From contig JACKPQ010000001.1 in the NCBI GenBank assembly GCA_024233435.1, positions 590,772 through 654,771 on the forward strand: a stretch of DNA of 64,000 nucleotides, written 5' to 3'. Position 1 is the stretch's first letter. Every line of letters begins with the position of its first letter. Position numbers and translations under genes: made by a program. This document shows, piece after piece, positions 36,517 to 45,558 of this stretch. The notes beneath the pieces were generated by a model. The model was not told where the DNA came from and did no database searches. It saw only the letters and a list, made by a program, of their open reading frames with translations. The DNA is from Chlamydiales bacterium. Lineage in GTDB: Bacteria > Chlamydiota > Chlamydiia > Chlamydiales > JACKPQ01.

Positions 36517-37338
36517 TTAATTGGCAAGAATATCGCTCAAAGTTTGGCTCAGATCGCGACAAAGGAAGGAAAATCCGCTTTCTAATAATTTTTTACCAAC
36601 AACTCGGCAGCTGTTTAGAAAAAGTCCGTCTGCCATCTCTCCTAGCAAGAATCTAAGCAGCGCTTCAGGAATGGGCGGGCCGACAAATCGATGAAGGGCT
36701 TTAGCTAGGGCTAAAGTAAAATCTTGATTGCGCACTGGATTGGGAGAGCAAAAGTTGTAGGCCCCTTCGCAATTAGGATTGGTAATAAGATGTTCGATTC
36801 CTCGGGCAAGATCTTGAAGGGCAATCCAGCTCATCCACTGCCGCCCATCCCCTAATCGACCACCTAAACACCACTTAAATGCCGGAATCATGCGATCGAG
36901 CGGGCCTCCTTTTCCTAACACCAAGCCAAAGCGTGGCATGCACACTCTAGCGCTGCATTTTAGTGCTTCAGCTTCCCAGTCTCCGCAAAGATCAGATAAA
37001 AAACTGCTCCCCTTTGAGCTATCCTCATCAAGTTCTTCATCTCCACGATTTCCGTAATAACCGATAGCGGATGCAGATATAAGCGTGTTTGTTTTAACAG
37101 ATCGCACCAGGTTTCGTGTGCCGATTACACGGCTGTTATAAAGTTCTTTTTTGTATTCGGGCGTCCACCGTTTTGCAATGTTTGCGCCGCTTAAATGAAC
37201 TACGGCATCAAAAGTGATATCTGGGAGTGCCCAATCGTATGGCGGCTTGCGTTCAATGGAAATGACATCGTGCTTTGAGAAGTGCTTCTTAAGATATGAG
37301 CCAATGAACCCGTGGCTCCCGGTGATTCCAATTTTCAT
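36517..37338 (-). CDS. SDR-type epimerase family protein, YfcH/TIGR01777-like (C-terminal DUF1731)
   Basis: The track ORF is 36517..37449. I prefer the ATG at 37338 (MKIGITGSHGFIGSYL, a Rossmann GxxGxxG). The C-terminus is WMSWIALQDLARG...NFCSPNPVRNQDF...LLGEMADGLFLNSCRVVGKKLLESGFSF. Confidence 0.8.
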   Translation of the reverse strand: MKIGITGSHGFIGSYLKKHFSKHDVISIERKPPYDWALPDITFDAVVHLSGANIAKRWTPEYKKELYNSRVIGTRNLVRSVKTNTLISASAIGYYGNRGDEELDEDSSKGSSFLSDLCGDWEAEALKCSARVCMPRFGLVLGKGGPLDRMIPAFKWCLGGRLGDGRQWMSWIALQDLARGIEHLITNPNCEGAYNFCSPNPVRNQDFTLALAKALHRFVGPPIPEALLRFLLGEMADGLFLNSCRVVGKKLLESGFSFLCRDLSQTLSDILAN

Positions 37339-37381
37339 GGGTAATCGGGGGCTCTGTTTGGAACCCCCTAAAAACAATGTG

Positions 37382-37594
37382 TTATTTTTTGTTGCACATT
37401 TGCTTGCAGCAGCCCAAGAAGCGTAGGCTCCAAAGACCAGAAAGTCCAACTAAAGAGTAGATCACTCTTGAGAACCAGCCTGTTTGACCATCAAATAGCC
37501 AAGCAACTAGATCGAATTGGAAAAAGCCCCAAAGGCCCCAGTTTAATGCTCCAACGATCACTAAAACCAGAGCAATCATGTTTAATGCTTTCAT
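37382..37594 (-). CDS. DUF378-family small membrane protein
   Basis: 70 aa. ALVLVIVGALNWGLWGFFQFDLVAWLF...VIYSLVGLSGLW matches the DUF378 pattern. Confidence 0.7.
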   Translation of the reverse strand: MKALNMIALVLVIVGALNWGLWGFFQFDLVAWLFDGQTGWFSRVIYSLVGLSGLWSLRFLGCCKQMCNKK

Positions 37595-37716
37595 TTTCGT
37601 ACCTCCAATTAGGTTTTTACATCTTTACCACTCATAAAAAATTTTACAAATTTTGTCACTCTTTTTTTTTTATTTTTCTTGAATATTAGAGAGAAGTCAG
37701 TTACGATTACGAGGTT

Positions 37717-38004
37717 ATGAAAGAAGATGAAATCGTTCATTTAGGAAAATTGTGTCGCATTAATCTTACTGATGATGAAAAAATAAGCCTGTGCCATAAT
37801 TTAGATAAAATTTTGCACTACATGGAAGATTTGAATGGGATTGATACAGATAATGTTGAGCCCACTCATCATGTTTTGCAAGGCATGGAGCATCTCCTTG
37901 CAGAAGATGATGTTGCAGACTTGCTAGATACAAAAACGTTCTTAAAGAACGCTCCTGATCAAATTGGCGGAATGGTGAAAGTTCCTCCTGTCATCCAATT
38001 TTAG
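37717..38004 (+). CDS. gatC: Asp/Glu-tRNA(Asn/Gln) amidotransferase subunit C
   Basis: 95 aa. Motifs are LCRINLTDDEK, VEPTHHVL and LAEDDV. It sits directly upstream of gatA and gatB. Confidence 0.9.
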   Translation: MKEDEIVHLGKLCRINLTDDEKISLCHNLDKILHYMEDLNGIDTDNVEPTHHVLQGMEHLLAEDDVADLLDTKTFLKNAPDQIGGMVKVPPVIQF

Positions 38005-38013
38005 GCTATACTT

Positions 38014-39477
38014 ATGCATACAAAAACAGCATCTGAAATTCACAAATCTTTCATTGAAGGGAAAATTTCTGCAAGCGAAATCGCCCAGGCTTACTTATCC
38101 CGCATCCATGCATTTGATCCTCAGATCAAATGTTTTTTAAATGTCATGGAAACAAAGCTATTAGAAAAAAGCGCCTTGCTTGATCGCAAACGCGCAAAGG
38201 GTGAAAAATTAGGAAAACTCGCTGGCATCCCTGTCGCAATCAAAGATATTCTCAATATCAATGGACAGATCACGACCTGCGGATCTCGCTTTTTAGAAAA
38301 TTACAAAGCCCCTTTTGATGCCACTGTTGTTAAGCTGATTGAACAAGAAGATGGATTGCTTGTTGGTAAAACCAACCTCGATGAATTTGCCATGGGCTCT
38401 GCAACTGATAACTCTGCTTTTAAATCCACAAATAACCCTTGGAATCTAAAGTGTGTACCTGGTGGATCTTCTGGTGGATCAGCCGCAGCTGTTGCAGCGC
38501 GCCTATGCTCTATTTCTCTGGGTAGTGACACTGGTGGCTCCATTAGACAGCCAGCAGCCCTTTGCGGAATTGTTGGTTTTAAGCCTACCTATGGACGAGT
38601 ATCCCGCTACGGCATGGTTGCTTTTGGCTCATCACTTGATCAAATCGGTCCGTTTGCAACCACCGTCGAGGACACCGCGCGCATTATGGAAGTCTTAGGT
38701 CAAGGATGCAATCATGATGCAACAAGCATTCATAAGCCCGCAGAGAACTATCTCGATGCCATAAACCTGTCAATCAAGGGCAAAAAGATTGGCGTCCCTC
38801 GTCAATTCTCTAAAATGGCAAGTCCTGATGTCGTTGCCGCCTTCGAAAAATCCCTCTCTGTTTTTGAAACTTTGGGGGCAGAGCTCATCGATGTTCAGCT
38901 TCCAGTTCTACGATATGGCGTTCCAACGTATTACGTTTTGGCAACGGCGGAAGCCTCAACAAATCTTGCCCGTTTCGATGGAATTCGGTATGGAGTGCGC
39001 AGCGAAGCTAACACCCTTGACGAGATCTATTTCAATTCGCGCAGCCATGGCTTTGGCAAAGAGGTTAAGCAACGCATTTTGCTTGGCACCTACGTTCTTT
39101 CGTCAGGTCATAAAGCATCTTACTACCGCAAAGCTCAGCAAGTGCGCACCCTTTTCATTAACGGTTTCGCTGACCTTTTTAAACAGGTTGACATCATCGC
39201 AACACCCACATCTCCAAGTGTTGCCTTTGAACACAACTCCATTAAAGACCCTCTCGAAATGTATCTACAAGATATGTACACCATCCCAGCAAATCTTGCA
39301 GGACTGCCCGCCATCAGCATCCCTTGCGGATTTAGTCCACAAGGTTTACCTATCGGCCTGCAGCTCACCGCCCCGCAACTGTGCGACGCTAGAGTTTTGC
39401 AATTTGCCCATCAATTTGAAAAAGCAAGCGATTACAACAAAGTCCCCCCTTCTTTTGATCAGGAGTTAAAGTTATGA
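38014..39477 (+). CDS. gatA: Glu-tRNA(Gln) amidotransferase subunit A
   Basis: 487 aa. The amidase signature is GGSSGGSAAAVAA...GSDTGGSIRQPAA. KDILNI and NLDEFAMGS are also present. Confidence 0.95.
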   Translation: MHTKTASEIHKSFIEGKISASEIAQAYLSRIHAFDPQIKCFLNVMETKLLEKSALLDRKRAKGEKLGKLAGIPVAIKDILNINGQITTCGSRFLENYKAPFDATVVKLIEQEDGLLVGKTNLDEFAMGSATDNSAFKSTNNPWNLKCVPGGSSGGSAAAVAARLCSISLGSDTGGSIRQPAALCGIVGFKPTYGRVSRYGMVAFGSSLDQIGPFATTVEDTARIMEVLGQGCNHDATSIHKPAENYLDAINLSIKGKKIGVPRQFSKMASPDVVAAFEKSLSVFETLGAELIDVQLPVLRYGVPTYYVLATAEASTNLARFDGIRYGVRSEANTLDEIYFNSRSHGFGKEVKQRILLGTYVLSSGHKASYYRKAQQVRTLFINGFADLFKQVDIIATPTSPSVAFEHNSIKDPLEMYLQDMYTIPANLAGLPAISIPCGFSPQGLPIGLQLTAPQLCDARVLQFAHQFEKASDYNKVPPSFDQELKL

Positions 39478-40940
39478 GCGCTATCGATTACGAAGCCTGG
39501 CAACCTGTTATCGGTCTTGAAATGCACGTTCAACTCAATACAAAGACCAAACTTTTCTCAAGGGCGCCCAATCGCTTTGGCGATGAGCCAAACACCAATA
39601 TTGGCATTCCAGATACCGGACAGCCTGGAGCTTTGCCTGTTTTAAACCGAGAAGCTGTAAAAAAAGCAGTATCCTTTGGCTGCGCCATCAACGCACAAGT
39701 TCAAACAACATCGACTTTTGATCGAAAATCTTACTTTTACCCTGATAGCCCTCGCAATTTTCAAATCACACAATTTGAAAACCCCATTATTAAAGGGGGC
39801 TTTGTCAAAGCCGATGTCGATGGAAAATCCTACACTTTTGAAATCGAGCACGCCCATATCGAAGACGACTCTGGCATGCTCAAACACTTTTCAACATTCG
39901 CAGGCGTTGACTACAATCGAGCTGGAGCCCCCCTAATCGAGATCGTGTCCAAACCCTGCATGCACGGACCTAGAGAAGCTTCTGCTTATGCAACAGCCAT
40001 TAAAGCGATCATGCAATATATCGATGCATCCGATTGCAACATGGAAATGGGTAATTTGCGCATGGATGTGAACATTTCAGTGCGCCCAAAAGGCAGCAGT
40101 GAGATGCGCCCAAAGATTGAAATCAAAAACATGAACAGCTTCACGCACATGGAATGGGCCATTGAAGCTGAAGTGCGCCGCCAGATCCAGGCTTACACCC
40201 TCAAGCCGATCGGAGATTTCAACGACATTGTAAACCCTGGCACATACCGCTTTGACATTGCAACCAAGCAAACCATCCCCATGCGCACTAAAGAAGCTGC
40301 TGCAGATTACCGCTACTTTCCAGAGCCTGACCTGCCCCCGCTTGTCCTTTCTCAAAACTACATCGATACCATTCGCTCTCAAATGCCCGAGCTTCCGCAT
40401 CAACGTTTTGAGCGCTATCTCAATGAACTCAAGCTTACTCCTTATGCAGCCTCTGTTCTTATTAGCGATAAGCATCTATCCGACCATTTTGAAAAGGGGC
40501 TCACAATCACCTCTAACGCCCCAGCTCTTTGCAACTGGATCACCGTTGAGTTCCTTGGCCGGGCTAAAGAGCAAAATAAAACCCTTGCTGATATTGGAAT
40601 TGAGGCCGAGCAAATTGCAGAACTTGTCGCCCTCATTGACAATGGAACTATCACAGGTAAAATAGCTAAGCAAGTCGCAGACGATATGATGGCAGACCCC
40701 ACAAAATCCCCTCGCGCTATCGTTGAGGCCAATCCAGACTACAAACCGATTTCCGACACCGCCGAGCTAGAGACAATCATCGATGCAATCCTTGCTGCCA
40801 ATCCAGAATCGATCGAAAACTTTAAAGCAGGCAAAGACCGCGCCTTTAATTTTCTTGTTGGCCAGATCATGAAGCAAACAAAGGGCAAAGCAGACCCGAC
40901 AATTGTCAGCGACTTGCTGAAGAAAAAACTGTCTTCATGA
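39474..40940 (+). CDS. gatB: Asp/Glu-tRNA(Asn/Gln) amidotransferase subunit B
   Basis: 488 aa. Motifs are VIGLEMHVQLNT, YFYPDSPRNFQITQ, EDDSGML, CNMEMGNLRMDVNISVR and YRYFPEPDLPP, plus a C-terminal YqeY-like tail. Confidence 0.95.
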   Translation: MSAIDYEAWQPVIGLEMHVQLNTKTKLFSRAPNRFGDEPNTNIGIPDTGQPGALPVLNREAVKKAVSFGCAINAQVQTTSTFDRKSYFYPDSPRNFQITQFENPIIKGGFVKADVDGKSYTFEIEHAHIEDDSGMLKHFSTFAGVDYNRAGAPLIEIVSKPCMHGPREASAYATAIKAIMQYIDASDCNMEMGNLRMDVNISVRPKGSSEMRPKIEIKNMNSFTHMEWAIEAEVRRQIQAYTLKPIGDFNDIVNPGTYRFDIATKQTIPMRTKEAAADYRYFPEPDLPPLVLSQNYIDTIRSQMPELPHQRFERYLNELKLTPYAASVLISDKHLSDHFEKGLTITSNAPALCNWITVEFLGRAKEQNKTLADIGIEAEQIAELVALIDNGTITGKIAKQVADDMMADPTKSPRAIVEANPDYKPISDTAELETIIDAILAANPESIENFKAGKDRAFNFLVGQIMKQTKGKADPTIVSDLLKKKLSS

Positions 40941-40956
40941 CACCACCCTATGATAC

Positions 40957-41131
40957 CCCTAACCTCAGTTCTGGGTTTATATCGGTAAGATTTAACGGAA
41001 TTCAGGTGGAAGATTGTACCATTTTTGGCAAATCCCATAGCAAATCCGCTATGGGTGAGGCAAAAATTATGCAAGATTCCCTTGAATTGCCTAAAGGTTA
41101 GTGATATAAACCCAGAACTGAGGTTCTTAGG
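40957..41131. repeat. Long imperfect palindromic element, family B (about 175 bp hairpin)
   Basis: The outer arms are CCTAACCTCAGTTCTGGGTTTATATC (40958-40983) and its reverse complement GATATAAACCCAGAACTGAGGTT (41103-41125). They share a 23-nt perfect core. The symmetry centre is the hairpin CCCATAGC-AAATCC-GCTATGGG (41034-41055). The region between the arms is partially self-complementary. Confidence 0.85.
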
Positions 41132-41138
41132 CTAGAGT

Positions 41139-41429
41139 ATGGAAATCCAAAATGAAATCGTTCTTTCTCTGAGCGAAATACAGAACATCGACAAGATCTT
41201 GCTCTTTGGTTCCAGAGCAAGAGGCGATTATCGCGAACGCTCAGACATCGACCTTGCCATCTGGTGCCCAAACGCATCCGATGCTGATTGGAACTCAATC
41301 TTAGAGATTATTGAAAATGCAAATACACTTTTAAAGATTGATTGTGTACGATTAGACTCCATGACAGAAAGTAACCCGCTGAGGCAGAAAATTGAGTCAG
41401 AAGGACGAGTTATCTACACAAAGGTTTGA
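41139..41429 (+). CDS. Minimal nucleotidyltransferase (MNT) component of an MNT/HEPN type II/VII TA pair
   Basis: 96 aa. LLFGSRARGDYRERSDIDLAI is the Pol-beta-superfamily GS..RG....D.D motif. It overlaps the HEPN ORF. Confidence 0.85.
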   Translation: MEIQNEIVLSLSEIQNIDKILLFGSRARGDYRERSDIDLAIWCPNASDADWNSILEIIENANTLLKIDCVRLDSMTESNPLRQKIESEGRVIYTKV

Positions 41430-41829
41430 AGCATCTGGGCGATTGCTCCTAGCAGCGTCCCAGGTTGAGTACGCACTGCAAACCCTAGGCATTGCCATTC
41501 GAGCTCCTAGCCAAGAAAATAGACTGAATATTGACGCAACAATTCAGCGTTTTGAGTACACTATAGAGCTATTTTGGAAATTTCTAAAGCACCTGCTTGC
41601 CACACAAGGTGTTGAAGTGCTTAGTCCAAAGCAAGCCCTGCGTGAAGCCTACGCGATGAAGCTGATCTCAGACGAAGCAACTTGGATCAATATGCAGAAT
41701 GACCGCAACCAAACGTCTCACTCATATAACATTGAGCTTGCCGACCAAATCTATTCGAGAATAAAGATCTACCACCCTCTCATGCATACAACCTTTCAAC
41801 GAATCAAAGCCGAGTCTTTACGCGCCTAA
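41392..41829 (+). CDS. HEPN-domain protein (HI0074-family nucleotidyltransferase substrate-binding protein), the toxin partner
   Basis: 145 aa. It has FEYTIELFWKFLK and the HEPN Rx4-6H motif within NDRNQTSHSY. It is immediately downstream of, and overlapping, the MNT gene. The exact start is uncertain. Confidence 0.8.
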   Translation: MSQKDELSTQRFEASGRLLLAASQVEYALQTLGIAIRAPSQENRLNIDATIQRFEYTIELFWKFLKHLLATQGVEVLSPKQALREAYAMKLISDEATWINMQNDRNQTSHSYNIELADQIYSRIKIYHPLMHTTFQRIKAESLRA

Positions 41830-41857
41830 CCTCAGTTCCGGGTGACTATTGGGTAAG
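41825..41857. repeat. Third copy of the family B arm
   Basis: CCTAACCTCAGTTCCGGGTGACTATTGGGTAAG compared with copy 1, CCTAACCTCAGTTCTGGGTTTATATCGGTAAG (40958-40989). It contains the HEPN stop codon (41827-41829) and the stop of the convergent gene (41846-41848). Confidence 0.75.
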
Positions 41858-43861
41858 CCGCCCTTTGGCTTGTTCGACAAAACTGGTGTAAAAGCCACGA
41901 TTTACTGGGTCTGTTTGGTAGTACTCCTCAGGATGAAATTGTGTAGCAATGACATTTTTTCCAACGATTGCCTTGGGTACGCCATTGTATGACAGAACAA
42001 TTTCAAGCGCTGATTTTGTTGAAGGATCGCACATCTGCCCATGGCATGAGTACCCATTAATAACTTCTGTGCCGTTTAAAAATGGCAATAGATCTTGCGC
42101 TTCTTTTGAAACTTCGATCTTTTGGTCTCCATACTGACCTCCGTGAATAGCCCCGTCGACTGTTTTTATTTCACCGCCGTGCACTGCCCACAGCATTTGA
42201 CAACCGCGACATACACCCATAGCTTTTACCCCTTGTTTCGCAGCTTCTGCAGCAAGGAGACCGTCAATGAGATCTCGTTTTGAAATATGCCTGAAATTTT
42301 CGGGGTTAAAATTTTGGGGAGATTGGCTGTATAGGCATTTTGAAACGTTGGCACCACCGTGAAGGAAAATGCCATCTGAATACATCACCGCTTGATCGAT
42401 GAGTTTTTTAATATGCGCAAGCTCTTTTGTGCCCTCTTTTGCAAGCTCATTTAAAGTCACGATGATTGAGCGCCCATTTAATGAGTCTTGAACCTTTGGC
42501 TGCAATTTCTCGAGCTCATTTTTAAGCATTTTATCGTTAGCATTTGGATGGTAAGCAAACGGCATTAAAACGGCTCCTGTATCTCTGAGCGCTTTTTTTG
42601 GATCATTTCCCCAGTCTGCAAACCCGCTTAAATCAGTTGGGTATGCAATGACTGGCTTTTGATTCAACCTTGTCGATCTTTGAAAAAGAAAATCGGCGTT
42701 AGCAAAGACCGAGTCAATAGCATTGGACATTACGATTTTAGATGCTGTTATTTTTGCGAGAAAAAAGCTGCTTTCAAAAAGTTGCGACTTATAAAAAATG
42801 GAGCGAACAAATTCTGAACCGTTAAAGACAGCCCATTTAATATTGCAGTTTGCAAAAATCACATCTTCAAACTTTACCCGCAAAAAGGCTACATTTTTTA
42901 GTTCAGAAGCAACAAAGCTAACGTTGGAAAAAGAGCAAACTACGGCAATTCCCTTAAATGCACACTTTGAAAAGATGCTTCGAACAGCCTTAACGTGAAC
43001 AACATCTCGAAAACGACATTGGTCTAAGATCGAATCAGTGATCCTGATATTTTGAGAGTAGTTAAACTTGCACTCTTTCATGTAAAGGTTACGGAAATGC
43101 AATCCGTTTCCATTTTCAATAATCATGCCTTTCAAGTAGTTTGAATATCCATTTGCAAATAAATAACCACCAATATCAAACATGTGCCCAACATCATCAG
43201 CTTCCGCGCGCTCTAATTCAGGATTCCTCCCTTTTTTACCAAATTGAATAGCTTGACCTTGCTGGGATTGGGTAAATGCTAAGTCAACGCGTTTTTGAAT
43301 TAGGTCCAAATCATCTTGTTTTAGCGTCTTTCCAAAATGCTTCAGTTTTAATTTTGAAAAGTCATCTTTTGATAGGTAGAGCTTTATAGCCGACTGCAAG
43401 AGGTTGCAACCAAACTCTAATCGATCGCGTCTAAAAGATGTATAAATTTTTTGAGCGAGAGCGCTTGTAATCTTGAGAACTTTGGCCTCTTCGGGATGGG
43501 TTTGGTCTAGCTTCAAAAAAGATAAAGAGACAGCACACTCTATAAAGTGTGATCCTGCGTCTGACCACTTTCCAAGCAGAACATAGTAAGCAATGACTAC
43601 AGTTTGCTTGGCCATTGAATAAACCTGAGAAGCAGGGGTGGAAATGGCGATTAATGTGCCGGAAATAAAACAATCAGCTGCTTTAAGCTTTCGCCCGTTA
43701 CTGAAGTGGTCAATGGCTGACAAGTAATTATTTGAAATCACGACAACCTTTGATCCTGTGCTGTTCAGGGAAATAAATCCGGCAGTGATCCGAGCATACT
43801 TACATAGCTCATCACTTTTATAATCAATTTTCCATAAATTAAAATTTAAAATATTTGCCAT
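41846..43861 (-). CDS. Orphan N-terminal domain + pentapeptide repeats + class I glutamine amidotransferase (peptidase C26 / gamma-glutamyl hydrolase-like)
   Basis: 671 aa. The middle region is tandem pentapeptide-like (CKFNYSQNIRITDSILDQCRFRDVVHVKAVRSIFSKCAFKG...NVSFVASELKNVAFLRVKFEDVIFANCNIKWAVFNGSEFVRSIF). The C-terminus has the nucleophile elbow GVCRGCQML and the His-Glu pair in ATQFHPE. Confidence 0.8.
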   Translation of the reverse strand: MANILNFNLWKIDYKSDELCKYARITAGFISLNSTGSKVVVISNNYLSAIDHFSNGRKLKAADCFISGTLIAISTPASQVYSMAKQTVVIAYYVLLGKWSDAGSHFIECAVSLSFLKLDQTHPEEAKVLKITSALAQKIYTSFRRDRLEFGCNLLQSAIKLYLSKDDFSKLKLKHFGKTLKQDDLDLIQKRVDLAFTQSQQGQAIQFGKKGRNPELERAEADDVGHMFDIGGYLFANGYSNYLKGMIIENGNGLHFRNLYMKECKFNYSQNIRITDSILDQCRFRDVVHVKAVRSIFSKCAFKGIAVVCSFSNVSFVASELKNVAFLRVKFEDVIFANCNIKWAVFNGSEFVRSIFYKSQLFESSFFLAKITASKIVMSNAIDSVFANADFLFQRSTRLNQKPVIAYPTDLSGFADWGNDPKKALRDTGAVLMPFAYHPNANDKMLKNELEKLQPKVQDSLNGRSIIVTLNELAKEGTKELAHIKKLIDQAVMYSDGIFLHGGANVSKCLYSQSPQNFNPENFRHISKRDLIDGLLAAEAAKQGVKAMGVCRGCQMLWAVHGGEIKTVDGAIHGGQYGDQKIEVSKEAQDLLPFLNGTEVINGYSCHGQMCDPSTKSALEIVLSYNGVPKAIVGKNVIATQFHPEEYYQTDPVNRGFYTSFVEQAKGRLTQ

Positions 43862-43989
43862 TTAATACTCCGTTTACAACGGTTAATTATAATTGAAATT
43901 GTATTTATTGTAAATGAAAATAGATTGTAAATTTTGATTGACAATTAGATTTTTTAATATTATGTCTTGGATTAGGATAATTAAAGCAC

Positions 43990-45558
43990 GTGAAGAAAAA
44001 GCATTTAACTCTTATTTGTTCTATCGCTCTGATAGCTCTTGGATGCGGCGACTTTAGAGGCGCTGCTGATCCCTTTTCCTATACTTCTCCTCGCCCTTAT
44101 GAAAATTGGCGTCCCCGAAAAAAAGAATCTCGCCTCCCCTTCACGCTTGCTAAAGAAGATTTTAATTATGTTGAACGAGCAGAGCCCCTTTCCTTAGCTG
44201 AAGTAATTGATGTCGCTCTTATCAATAACCCGAGCACAAAGTTTTCTTGGGCAAATGCGCGTGTATCAGCTGCTCGCTATGGTCAAACCTTGGAAAATTA
44301 CTTTATTCTTGCTGATGGATCTGGAACAGCTAGCAGATTTCGCTCGGCCCTTTTTACTGGCCCTATGCGCTCAATTGTTCTAGATACTCTAATCGCTGGC
44401 GACTTGAACTTTTCCTATCTGGTTTTTGACTTTGGCAAGACCCGAAATACAAGTAAAGCAGCTCTAGAATCTTTGTACAATGCTGACTGGTCTCATAACA
44501 GAGAAATTCAGACTGTGATGCAAACAGTGATGGGTGATTATTACAACTATCTCTATGAGGATGAAAAATTAACAGCCAATCGAGCAGATGTCGTCGATGC
44601 GCAAGTGACCCTCGAGTCGGTGTTGGAAAAATTGCGCAATGGAACTGCTGATATGGGAGAAAAGGTCCAGGCCACAACGCAATTATTACAAGCAGAGCTC
44701 AACGTCGTGGCGCAAAAGCAAAATGTCCATAACAGCTACACTCAATTAGCAGCTGATATGGGCGTTCCCTCGGACATGGATATTAAGCTCGAGCCCTACC
44801 CAGAAACAATACACCCTTTTAAACCCGAAGACCTCGACCAATTGATTGATACAGCCGTGTGCTATAGACCCGATCTAAAAGCTGCAGAATCAGACGTTAA
44901 GGCTGGACAGTATTTAGTAAAAGCTGCAAAAAGTTTGTATCTGCCCCAGTTAAATGCAACTTTTGATGTCGGGCGCTCATATTACTCGGGTGCAGGTAGC
45001 AACGATAGCTATCATTACCAGGCTCAAGCTGCGCTAACATTCCCCATTTTCCAAGGTTTTTTTATTCGAAATACGGTTAAAGCAGCTCAAGGAGAGCTGG
45101 AAAAAGCCCAAGCGAGCTTGCGCAGCGTTCAACTTAGTGTTGTACAACAAGTCTCAAATCAGCGCACTGATGTTGAACTTGCTCAAGAGGCTTATGAGTA
45201 TGCAACAGCTTTCTTAGATTCAGCAAAAGAAGACTACCGCATCAATCTTGCAAAATACCGCGCTGGGACAGGAACGATCACCGAATTGATCAACGCCCAG
45301 ACAGCGGTTGCAGATGCAAGGGCTAAGTATGTGCTTTCTAAACGAGATTGGTTTACATCGGTTGCCAATCTTGCCTACGCACTTGGAACACTAGCCCCAC
45401 CAGATTTTAACAAGGAATCATGTGATGAAAAAGATAGGATTTGTCCTCCTCCTCGTAGCTGCTCTTGGGGGATGCAAGAAAAAACCCCAGCACCCAAAAC
45501 CTATACCCAGTGTGACAACCACACCGGTTATACAAAAGACAGTTCCCCTATACATTGA
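43990..45558 (+). CDS. Outer membrane efflux protein (TolC/OprM-like OMF)
   Basis: 522 aa with a GTG start. The lipobox-like signal is LIALGCG. Two OEP repeats are recognisable (AEVIDVALINNPS..., RPDLKAAESDVKAGQY..., ITELINAQTAVADARAKY). The last roughly 45 codons overlap the MFP gene. Confidence 0.85.
   Translation: MKKKHLTLICSIALIALGCGDFRGAADPFSYTSPRPYENWRPRKKESRLPFTLAKEDFNYVERAEPLSLAEVIDVALINNPSTKFSWANARVSAARYGQTLENYFILADGSGTASRFRSALFTGPMRSIVLDTLIAGDLNFSYLVFDFGKTRNTSKAALESLYNADWSHNREIQTVMQTVMGDYYNYLYEDEKLTANRADVVDAQVTLESVLEKLRNGTADMGEKVQATTQLLQAELNVVAQKQNVHNSYTQLAADMGVPSDMDIKLEPYPETIHPFKPEDLDQLIDTAVCYRPDLKAAESDVKAGQYLVKAAKSLYLPQLNATFDVGRSYYSGAGSNDSYHYQAQAALTFPIFQGFFIRNTVKAAQGELEKAQASLRSVQLSVVQQVSNQRTDVELAQEAYEYATAFLDSAKEDYRINLAKYRAGTGTITELINAQTAVADARAKYVLSKRDWFTSVANLAYALGTLAPPDFNKESCDEKDRICPPPRSCSWGMQEKTPAPKTYTQCDNHTGYTKDSSPIH

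Noticed and set aside
37662-37671. A T10 homopolymer upstream of gatC as a phase-variation switch, and a TTGAAT-N17-TACGAT promoter at 37679-37707.
   Set aside because: The T-run lies in an AT-rich spacer and is not clearly positioned between -35 and -10 elements. The candidate -10 would place the TSS inside the GAGG Shine-Dalgarno of gatC, so this promoter assignment is unconvincing.
38789-39469. A 226-aa alternative-frame ORF inside gatA.
   Set aside because: It lies wholly within the well-supported gatA frame. Its composition is low-complexity and Ser/Leu/Pro-rich, typical of an off-frame read-through.
40739-41074. A 111-aa minus-strand ORF spanning the gatB 3' end and the family B hairpin.
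   Set aside because: It overlaps gatB in antisense and then runs through the palindrome. It has no start context or homology features, so the repeat explains the open frame.
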